Source: the human T2T-CHM13v2.0 reference genome, Homo sapiens
NCBI RefSeq assembly: GCF_009914755.1
Contig: NC_060932.1
Strand: one strand, 5' to 3'
Length of the DNA stretch: 64,000 bases
In this document: positions 53,781-64,000 of the stretch, in pieces
Layout of the letters: each line of letters opens with the position of its first letter
Numbering within the stretch: position 1 is the stretch's first letter
Made by a program: the position numbers and the translations under genes
The notes under the pieces: model-generated
Database searches by the model: none
What the model saw: only the letters and a program-made list of their open reading frames with translations
What the model was told of the DNA's origin: nothing

Positions 53781-56035
53781 TGTGGGTAATCTCCACTGGT
53801 CCAATTCTGCCCCCCACCCCAAAAAAATGTAGCAGAAACCACAACGTGATACACACCATACTAGAGGCATAGCCCCAGATATGTGTTCCCACTTCAAATT
53901 TTCCACATAGGTTGGCTAAAACCAGGTCCTGGAATGTTAATTAGGACCTGATCGCAACTAATGGACCAGAAATTATGAAATGCTTCATGTTACCAGTCAT
54001 TTAAACTAGATAGTTAAGAATCCAGTTATGGTTAGGTTCAAACTGAGGCTTAAATCTAATATATTTATTGCAAGTAACACTGAACACTCAAGTACCCTTG
54101 TTTTGAATCTAAACGACACCACGTATTGTATCCATTTCCTGCATCTTTGAACCATGCAGCAGCCAAATCTGTCATCTTTCTTTCTCATTTGGAAGTATTC
54201 AAAGTGACATCTCCTACTATGTCACCATACCTGAGAGAAAACGGGAGTTCGGTTCCCATGCACTGTTTTACATTAGACGAATTTAGTCTGAGAATGTAAG
54301 GCAAAGCTGGTAACCCTGCTGCCTGGGTTATGAGTAGGGTGGTATACCAGGGTCAGAGTTGCTCCCATTTTTTCATTTTTGGCCTGTTTGCTTCACAAAA
54401 ACATTTTCCTTGCCTTAGTCTATCATTATGCCACTTTTTCTTCTTTTTCCTAGAAATATCCACCAGGAATGTGCACTATACGTGGAAATACAAACACAAA
54501 CCGGAGCTGAGAAGGGCCTGGGTCCCCTGACATCAAGGTTTTTATAAAGAAAAATACACAAAGGCAGCCACGCCTCACTCTGGCTTCCTAGTAACCCCAG
54601 AAAAAAATTCCAGAAATGTGTTTTAATTCTTTAGCCTGAGTGACAAAAAGGTTAAAATGTTTCCCAAAGTCCACTTAAGAATAATTCCGACCTTGGGAAA
54701 ATGGATTTTGTTAGCCCCAAAGCTTATTAAGATTAATGGCAAGAGGGGCTCGTTATTCTGCCAGAAAAATCTACTTACAAATCTAAGAGGGGGATTTTAT
54801 TCTGTCCATTTCTAAAAGCAGGGGACTTAGAGTGCCTGACAAGTACCCCCTAGGAAGAGGGTGTGCCATATACAGACAGCAGGGGTGCATGACTGGGATG
54901 CTCACTTGGAGAGGTATTGGCTAGGCCAGGAAAAAGGGTTCCTTTATGGGACTTCCTATATAGAGAGGTCACCCTGCTCTCACTTCTGAAACCTACCACC
55001 CTGGCCACACAACTAGGTTTTATGGAGCCCAGAAAGATATTCAGAAACTGGAGCCTTATTCAGCGTGTAAAAAGCTCTCATGCCTGTTGGCCTTGTTGCT
55101 GCTCCACAACAGGGGACTGTGGCTTATTCAAGTGCTCAGCCATCACAATGACCCCACCACCTCTTTCACGACAACCCCACCACCTCTTGGCCCTGCAGCC
55201 CCAGCTTCAGACACTGCTGACCAACTGACTCTTCCCATGCCTTGAATGGAAACTCACAGGCAGGATCCCGGCAATTTGCTTATGCACCACGAAGTGCCAG
55301 GTATCTCTGTGGGGCGGCACCCGTGGGCTGGCTGCTTTTCAGGTGCAAGATGGATGGCAGAATTTTGGCGAAGTGCTCAGCCCTGGCTATCTTGGCAAGG
55401 CAGAGCACAGAAGCCTGTTGCTGAGAGACCGGAATTCCCAGACTCAGAGATGACTAGACAAGGACTCTGGCTTTGATTATCAGCTCATGGAATTGGTGGA
55501 AGGCAAATAGACAGGAAGCCTTCAGGTTTTTAAGGAATTTGGTTCAGTCCAAGAAACCCAAGCCTGGCTGACAACAGCCTGTGATTCTTCAATCCTTGAG
55601 GTAATTTCCAGGCCCCTCAAATTTGCACCAAAAAGTAATGGGCTTCAAAGAAGTACAGATCCCAAAAAGGGCATATGTGCCAATATCTATCTCAGATGGG
55701 CTAAGAGGACAACGGACAAGGGAGACGTTTCCAGACAGCACATCTAGGATTTGTCAGATTGGCTAACCAAGGAATTCACTGCATTACCAAGGCAAGAACA
55801 CTTCACTGTTCCTGTCAAGCAGGGAAAAATACATACAGTGAATCAGAGACCACTGTGTACTGTTTTCTCATTGTCTATTTCTTCCAATAAAAGTTTTCCT
55901 TGAAGCTATCCTCCACCATTTTATATTTACTGGGTTATCATAGAAAGGAAAACAGGCTTAGCTGTTGCAACGAAGAGACCTAAAACTACAGTGGCTCAAA
56001 GAAGACAGAAAGAAATTTATTTCTTAAGTGCTAGA

Positions 56036-56326
56036 GCGGCACTGTCTAATAGAAATATAAGGCAAGTCTCATTTGTAATTTAAAATTCTCTAGTAGCCAC
56101 ACTGGAAAAAATAAGCAGTGAAATTAATTTTTGATAATATATTTCTTTTAACTAATATATCCAAAATATTTTCATTTCAGCATGTAATTGATATAAAATA
56201 CTATTGATATATTTTGCATTCTTTTTTGGGAGGGACTAAATTATAGCCCATGTCAATTCAGACTAGTCCCATTTCGGGAGCTCAAACGCCACATGTAGCT
56301 GGTGGCTACCATATTGGGCAGTGCAG
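56036..56326. mobile_element. MER33-like hAT-Charlie MITE
   Basis: cactgtctaatagaaatataa...ccacatgtagctggtggctaccatattgggcagtgcag. Confidence 0.85.
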
Positions 56327-56418
56327 AGTAGAGATCAGAGAGAGTCCCTAAACAGTTCTTTCCAGGGTTAGCCAGGAACTCACAATGCTTCGATTTCATT
56401 ATTCCACTTTCCTTAGAG

Positions 56419-56622
56419 CAGGATTTCTCAAGCTCAGCAATATTGACTTTTGAGGCCTGATAAAGCTGTGCTGTTGGGACTATCTAGTGCATAGTAGGAT
56501 GTTTAGAGTGAGCCTGTTCCATACCTGCTAGATGGGAGTAGCAGTACCTTCCTGTCCCTCCACATTGTGACAATCAAAAATACTGCCAAATGTTGGAGGG
56601 TATAGGGCCAAAAATCACCCCA
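56419..56622 (-). mobile_element. MER20
   Basis: caggatttctcaagctcagcaatattgac...gtaggatgtttag...ttgtgacaatcaaaaat...aaaatcacccc. Confidence 0.85.
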
Positions 56623-56623
56623 A

Positions 56624-56794
56624 CAGTGGTTCTCAAACTTCTGTGTGTATGCCCTGGAGAGCTTATTAAGACAGAAGTTTCTGGGCCCCACTGCCATAAT
56701 TCCTGACTCACCAGTTCTGGAGTAGGACCTGAAAATATGCCTTTCCAGTGAGCTCCCTGGACTGCTGGTCCAGGACCCTTTTCAAAAACCACTG
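56624..56794. mobile_element. MER5-type hAT-Charlie MITE
   Basis: TIRs cagtggttctcaaa ... ttcaaaaaccactg. Confidence 0.85.
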
Positions 56795-57307
56795 GCCTGG
56801 GTTGTTATGCTCTTTAGCCCACCTTGCTCACCACCACATGGCATTCTCATTCCCAGGAAGGGGAACAGACAAGAGAGGACAAATGATATGTTTTAAGGCT
56901 ATAAAGGAGAAGTGGCACGTTTGACTTTTGTTCATATCCCTTTGTTGTGAATTTGGATTCATGGCCACATCTAATGTCAAGAAGTCTAGGAAATGTGGTG
57001 TCTAGCTGGGTGGCCATGTGCTTGGTTGAAAATCAGGAGTTCTGTTACTAAAGGGAGGATTGGGAGATTAGATAATGAGGGGAAAATTGCAGGTTTTTCC
57101 ACAGGAGTGGGTAACATTATTTAGCTATATCAGACTATGAAAAACTCCATCCAGAAACTGACCTAGAAGAAGACACATCAGCTGCAAATCCAGAATCTGG
57201 AACTCAAAATGAGAGCTGCTTGTGATTCCAGTAGGCATGAACTTTTGAAGATGTACATAAGGAAAGAAAGGAGTGTGAGACATGGGAAGAAGACAGAGGA
57301 GTGGATT

Positions 57308-57850
57308 TGTCAGTGGAATGTCTTCCCCCCATTCCTTCCCCCATTCCTAATAAGACAAGAAACTCCCCAGATTCGTGATTTTCGCAATTTTAACTCCACT
57401 TCTCCAGCTCCAGAGATTGGCCCTGATTGGTCTAAGCCAATCAAGGAATCAGATTTCCCTAGTCACACTGATAGGTTCAGGGATGAACCCATGACTTAAA
57501 CTAGTCCAACCAGAGGGAAGATCATAATTACCATTTGGTGTTTGGGACAACAGAAACTATTTTTCTCCTTGGATATTAATGAGGAAACTAGTCCTGGAGC
57601 AGCTGGCAGCCATGTGACATGAAAGAAGCCAACCCAAGATTAAGCCAAAATATGAAACTGGGCAAAACCAAGAGTATTCCAGGAAAACGGGCATACAGCC
57701 CTGGTGATATGCAGAACCTCTGGACCAAACCATGCCTGATGCTGCACCTCTGGAATTTTCAACTAAATGAGCTAAGAAATTTCTTACATTGTTTCAATCC
57801 ATTTGGTTTAAGCTTCTGTCACTTGTAACCAAAAGTATTCCCAGTAACAG
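57308..57850 (+). mobile_element. MLT1K-type MaLR LTR
   Basis: ccagctccag...cctgattggtctaagccaatca...tctgtcacttgtaaccaaaag. Confidence 0.75.
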
Positions 57851-57944
57851 TTGAGCTGAATATGTTTCTTCTTGATACCTAAAAATTCCTCATAAAGGCA
57901 AGGCAGGTTTATCTCCTGAACACCTAGCATAAGCATCTCATTGT

Positions 57945-58120
57945 GTGAGCCCTTGGCATACACTAGCTCATGTCAGTCTCACAATAACCCTGGAGGTAAC
58001 TATAAATCAGGAAATTGAGGCTCAAAAAGATTAGCTAATGTTCCCAATGTCACTCTGAGAATAAGTGGCTGGCCTGATAATTGAGCTCGTCTGACTCTAA
58101 GTCCAGTGCTCTTTGTACAT
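57945..58120 (-). mobile_element. MIR
   Basis: ctcacaataaccctggaggta...ggaaattgaggctcaaaaagatt. Confidence 0.7.
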
Positions 58121-59219
58121 CTTTGGCCTCATATGTTATTTTTTGAAACATGTATATAAATAACAAAGGTTTATATGTTTACTCAAATTCCACGTGGAAA
58201 ACCGTTCTGACTTTTGAAAATCTGATTCATTGATCAAAAACACATGTAGAATATTAGTTAGAAGGTGGTGTAGACTGTAGTAGGGTTTTATAGGCATCTT
58301 GGGCAGGTCCTTCAGAGTAATTGGGATGTGGAATGTGGAAGTCATTTTTATGGGAGAGTTGGGACGTGGCCTCCTGTAGGCAGCCTCAGGCAAAAGAGTG
58401 AGTATATCAAGAACAAAAATCACATTGAACCTGGTGATAAGGTTCATGAGGATGTTAATTAAAAGAAATCTCATATTTCAAGGCTGTATTGGTGATATAA
58501 TTTCAAGCAATGGCATATGACTAACACACAACAGAACCTATAAGGTTTTGCCCCAAGATGTCAGTATTCTTTTGAAAATGGTACATATGGTTTATAAATT
58601 GTCCATAGAATTCCTCTCTAGTTCACCTACATTATTACAATGCTTGCTCTGCTTCTCCTCAAATACTCTGCTTCAGCCACAAGAAGTAGAAAGATGACTA
58701 TATTACATTTTGCTTGATGATGATAAAGTTTGGCTAACTGCACTATTTTAGCCAAATCAAAGGCCCTTTTTTGTGTGTTATTCAAAATAATTACAGGCAT
58801 ACCTCATTTTATTGTGCTTCACTTTACTGTGCTTCACAGATACTACATTTTTTTTACAAATTGAAAGTTTGTGGCAACCTGGCCTTCAGCAAGTCTGTCA
58901 GCACCATTTTTCCCAACAGCATGCACTCAGTTTGTGTACTATGTCACATTTGAGTAATTCTTACAATATTTCAAACTTTTTCATTATTATTATATCTGTT
59001 ATGATGACCTGTGATCAGTGATCTTTGATGTTACTATTTTAATTGTTTGGGGGTGCCACAAACCCTACCCATATAAGATGATGAACTTAACCAATCTGTG
59101 GTGTGTGTGTTCTCACTGCTTCACTGACCAGGTGTTCCTTTGTCTCTCTCCCTCTTCTTGGGCCTCTCTATTCCCTGAGACACAATAGTATTGAAATTAA
59201 GCCAATTAATAACTCTACA

Positions 59220-60605
59220 GTGACCTCTAAGTGTTCAAGTGAAAGGAAGAGTCACTTTAAAGGTCTCTCACTTTAAATCAAAAGCTACAAAAGGATTAAA
59301 CTTAGTGAGGAAGGCATGTAGAAAGCTGAGACAGGCTGAAAGCTAGCCGTCTTGTGCCAAACAGTTAGAGCCAAGTTGTGAATGCAAAGGAAAAATTCTT
59401 GAAGGAAATTAAAAGTGCTACTCCAGAGAATACACAAATGATAAGAAGGTGAAACAGCTTTATTGCTGATATGGAGAAAGTTTGAGTGGTCTGGATAGAA
59501 GATTAAAGCAGCCACAACATTCCCTTAAGTCAAAGCCTAATCTAGAGTAAGGCCTAAGTCTCTTCAATTCTATGAAGGCCGACAGAGGTAAGGAAGCTGC
59601 AGAAGAAAAGTGTAAGCTAGCCAAACTTGGTTCATGAGGTTTACGAAAAGAAGCCATCTCCATAATATAAAAATACAAGGTGAAGCAGCAAGTGCTGATG
59701 AAGAGGCTGCAGCAAGTTATCCAGAAGATCTTGCTAAGATCATTGATAAAGGTAACTATTCTAAATAATAGATTTTCAACATAGGCAAAACAGCCCTCTA
59801 TTGGAAGAAGGTGCAAACTAAGACTTTTCGTGGCTAGAGAGGAGAATTCAATGCCTGGCTTTAAAGCTTCCAAGGACAGGCTGACTTTCTTGTTAGGGGC
59901 TAATGCTGGTGACTTTAAGTTGAAGCCAATGCTCTTTGGACCATTCCAAAAATCTTAGGTCTCCTAAGAATGATGCTACATTTACTCTGTCTGTGCTCTA
60001 TAAATGAAAGAACAAAACCTGGATCACAACACATCTGTTTACAGTATGGTTTGCTGAATATTTTAAGCTTACTCTTGAGACCTACTTCTCAGAAAAAAAG
60101 ATTCCCTTCAAATGTTTATTGACAATTCACATAGTCACCCAAGAGCTCTCATGGAGATTAATGTTGTAGATGGAGATTAATGACGTGCAAGGAGGTTAAT
60201 ATTGTTTTCATGCTTGCTACACATGTCCATTCTGCAACCCATGGATCAAGGAGTAATTCTGATTTTCAAATGTTACTATTTAAAAAATGCGTTCTATAAG
60301 GCTATAGCAGCTATAGAGTCATTCCTCTGATGGATCTCAGCAAAGTACATTAAAAGCCTCTAGAAAGGATTCACCATTTTACATGCCATTAAGAACATTC
60401 ATAATTCATGGGAGGAGGTCAAAATATTCTCATTAACAAAAGCTTGGAAGAAGTTGATTCCAACCCTCATGGATGACTTTGAGGGATTCAAGATTTCAGT
60501 AGAGGAAATCATTTCAGATGTGGTGGAGAAAGCAAAAGAACTAAAATTAGAAGTAGAACTTGAAGATGTGTTCAGATTTCTGCAATCTCGTGAGAAAACT
60601 TGAAG
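59220..60605 (+). pseudogene. Decayed Tigger1 transposase
   Basis: Starts gtgacctctaagtgttcaagtgaaaggaagag (SKCSSERKS, ATG lost); multiple stops and frameshifts, no long ORF. Confidence 0.8.
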
Positions 60606-60887
60606 GGATGAGAGTTGCTTCTTATGAATGAGCAAAGAAAGTGTCTTCTTGAGATGGACTCTACTCCTGGTGAAGATGCCGTGAGCATTGTTGAGATGAC
60701 AACAAAGGATTTAAACTAAGTTGACAAAGTAGTGGCAGAGTTTGAGAGGATTTATTCCAATATTGTAGGAAGCTGTACTGTGGGTAAAATGGCATCAAAC
60801 AGCATCACATACTAGAGAGAAATATTTCAATCATCGAAGAGTCAATTGATGTGACCAACTTCATTGTTATTGTATTTTAAGAAACAA

Positions 60888-61225
<338 letters not shown>

Positions 61226-61438
61226 TCAGCAGCCATGAACATCAAGGCAAGATCCTCCAACCAACAAAAAGATTATTACTCAATGAAGGCTCACATGATT
61301 GTTAGCGTTTTTAAGCAATAAGGTACTTTTCAATTAAGGTATGTACATTGTTGTTTTAAGTATAATGCTATTGTAAACTTAATAGACTATAGTACAGTGT
61401 AAACATAATTTTATATGCATCGAGAAATCCAAAAATTC

Positions 61439-61760
61439 AGCTGGGTGTGATGGCTCACGACTTAATCCCAGCACTTTGGGAGGCCAAAGCAGGAGGATCA
61501 CTTGAGGGCAGTAGTTTGAGACCAGCCTAGGCAACATAGCAAGACCATATCTCGACCCCCCCGCTGCCAACATTTTTTCAATTAGCCAGGTGTAGTGGCA
61601 TTCACCTGTAGTCCCAGCTACTTGGGAGGCTGAGGGAGGAGGATCTCTTGAGCCCAGGAGTTTGAAGCTGCAGTGAGCTATGATTGCGCCACTATACTCC
61701 AAATTGGGCAACAGAATGAGACCTTGTTTCAAAATAAAATAAAATAAAATAATCTAAAAA
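61439..61760 (+). mobile_element. AluJ in Tigger1
   Basis: J-type residues (ggaggatcacttgag, gcaacatagcaagacc, gagcccaggagtttgaagctgcag); (TAAAA)n tail. Confidence 0.93.
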
Positions 61761-62449
61761 AGAAACAAAAAATTCAAGTGACTCACTTTGTTGTAACACT
61801 CACTTTATTGTGATCTAGAACCAAACCACAATATATGCAAGGTATGTCTGTATTCTCTTGGCGGGATGAGAAATAAGAAGTTCATTTTTATATCCACAGT
61901 AACTCATACACTGGGATTGCTCTTGAAATTTATTCTTTAAATTGAAATAAATACCTGCTCTATCTCCTAAAAAGCAGAAAAAAAACACATGCGCTTACCC
62001 TCACTCCATATTTTTCCAACTGTCAGTCCCATTTTCCTTCAGAAAGTTTATGTCAAAAATGTTCTCAAAGCCCCCAAATTCAGCTTGAGAAAATACAGCT
62101 TCACCAATGTTAGTCTAATGATAAAAGTAGTTGAGAACTCAGCTTGGTCCAGAAGCCCATTTGCAAGAAGCTGCTTTTACCACCTAAACATGAATGTAAT
62201 TATGTCTATAAATAAATACTAAAATGTCAATAAAAGAGGTTTGCTGGGATCCTCTAATATCAGGTACTAGCTATCAAGTATATTTAATGCCCTTACCATT
62301 TAATTTGTATTCTTAATTTGTCTCTTATGAAGTAAAAAGTATCTTTTAAAAAATCTTCACCCAGATTTTAACATTCTGTTTAAAAAGTTTCCTATGTAAT
62401 TATGTTATTTTCCTCCATGGAAGGGATTATTGAAAATTTAGATGTTCAC

Positions 62450-62820
62450 TAGACCCAGTTCCCCTTCATGGATACTCAGCTAAACCACATTTTCCATCTC
62501 CCTTGCATCAAAGTGATGCCACATGGCCAATCTTCACCACAGGTATATGAGTCCGAGTAGTGTGCCCCTACTAGATGGAGGCAACTGGGGTCAGACAGTC
62601 CTTCCCTGCACACTCTTTTTTCATTTGTTGGCCAATCAGATGCAGAATACCCAGCAGAGGACTCTGAGGCGTAAGTGGCCAAAGGGGCCACTAAAAACAA
62701 AAAGATCCGGGTCCCTGGATGACAACGTGGAGCAAAACACCCCACCCACTCCAACCCCAGCTGATCCACATTGGACTGGGACATAAACAAGAAGTGTACC
62801 TTTGTCAGATTAAGTCACTG
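62450..62820 (+). mobile_element. Old MLT1 (I/J-type) LTR
   Basis: cagctaaaccacattttccatctcccttgca...cattggactgggacataaacaagaa. Confidence 0.6.
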
Positions 62821-63489
62821 AAATCTGGGCACTGTTTGTTACAGTATTACCTAAATAGACCGATTCGTTGCCCTGTGAAATAGTGGTTAAATATTGTCTA
62901 GTGTCTTTGGAAGGCCAAAAACTTGCACAGCACCAAGTAACTGAGCAAATCCATGGCTCTAATAGTCTGAACCCTTGTTCAGACTGACAAGTCTGACACT
63001 TAGCCCTTGAGTTCATCCTGCTTTGCATTAGCTCCTCATCTCAACTGCAAGCACCAGGGAAACAAAGTTCTTATTTTACCTTCAATTTTACACTGCCTAC
63101 TGCAACTAGTACATTTTGAATAGTTAATCATAGTGATTAATTAATGAAATGTTTTAAGAGCCTGCTTATTTTTGGTTAGAAAGGATCTGGGATGGAAAAA
63201 TGAAAGTAGCATTTGCTGAAACTCTATTGAATGCTTGGTGCCTTGTAAGTTCTAACCCAGATGTCTCTGGATATTGTCACCTTAAGCCTCGCATGCCACA
63301 CCAGGGGAAGTCCAAAGCCTTCTCTGTAAATTTCTAGGGAAACTAACCCTCCCATGATCATCTGTAGCTCCGATTTCCATGCCCTGCTGCATCTATTCAG
63401 TTTGTGGATCATCCTTCTATATCATACATCCTCCATCTGGCCCACCTCCTGACAACTCAAGCATGAAGTTCAACCTCTCCAGTTTCTAC

Positions 63490-63552
63490 CACACACATGC
63501 ATATGTATAGACACACATGCTTGCTCTCTCACTCTCTTTCTCTCTCTCTCTC
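63490..63552. repeat. (CA)/(CT) compound simple repeat
   Basis: Directly visible. Confidence 0.7.
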
Positions 63553-64000
63553 AAATGCTATTCATGTGTGTGATACACTTGACCAAGGATTTAGCCAAAG
63601 GAGAGATGGTTGCATCCTAGCAAATCATCTAATTTAAATATTATCCTTCCTATTCTTCAAGGCTCTGTGGCTCTGGCCATCAGACATTTTTCGGGGGTCC
63701 TTCTTACAACTTCAGCTTCAGGTCACCTCAGTAACTTCTTTCACACACTTTCCTCTTATCTTCCTTCTCATCCCTTTCCTTCCAGGTAGCCCCAATGCAC
63801 CCCCAATTCATATTCTTTTCACTCCATTATAGAAAGGGTCCAGCTTACCCTGGATCCTACTGCCTAAGGCTCTAGGCACACACTTGCATATATTAACAGA
63901 GACCCAGCTGACCCAAAAAAACTTCCCTTCAATGAAAAGCAGGCTTCCTAGAAAGTCACTGTGGCTTAATTTTTTTTCTTCCTCCATTACACACACAGAT

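Larger units (their letters stand above)
55950..57103 (-). mobile_element. MLT1J-type LTR carrying three hAT MITEs
   Basis: cagtggctcaaagaagacagaa ... catggccacatctaa...ggaaatgtggtgtctagctgggtggccatgtgc. Confidence 0.7.
55650..57305 (+). mobile_element. MLT1 internal sequence 3' part, interrupted at 55950-57103
   Basis: ctatcctccaccattttatatt before the insertion; purine-rich tract gaagacagaggagtgga directly before the LTR. Confidence 0.45.

Overview
Primate genomic DNA, almost certainly human: it carries a near-consensus AluYa5, a human-lineage subfamily. It is non-coding intergenic or intronic sequence, roughly half of it recognisable transposon relics. These include Alu (J, S, Y, Yd-type, Ya5, FLAM), L1PA/PB, old L1M/HAL1, L2, MIR, MamSINE1, MaLR/ERVL LTRs, and DNA transposons (full-length Tigger1, Tigger3, MER5/20/33/63). 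No ORF in the track looks like a real host protein, and there are no RNA genes or CRISPR arrays. The best functional candidates are a CpG-enriched promoter/first exon with 5' splice donors (about 37.9-38.5 kb, + strand) and a motif-dense enhancer-like module (about 40.05-40.2 kb). The best oddities are a close head-to-head pair of young Alus, one with an anomalous CpG-preserving mutation spectrum, several template-switch scars, an unassigned TIR-bounded element and a multi-level nested TE cluster. I found no evidence of a new biological system. Repeat family calls come from remembered consensus sequences, not a search; boundaries of old elements are approximate.
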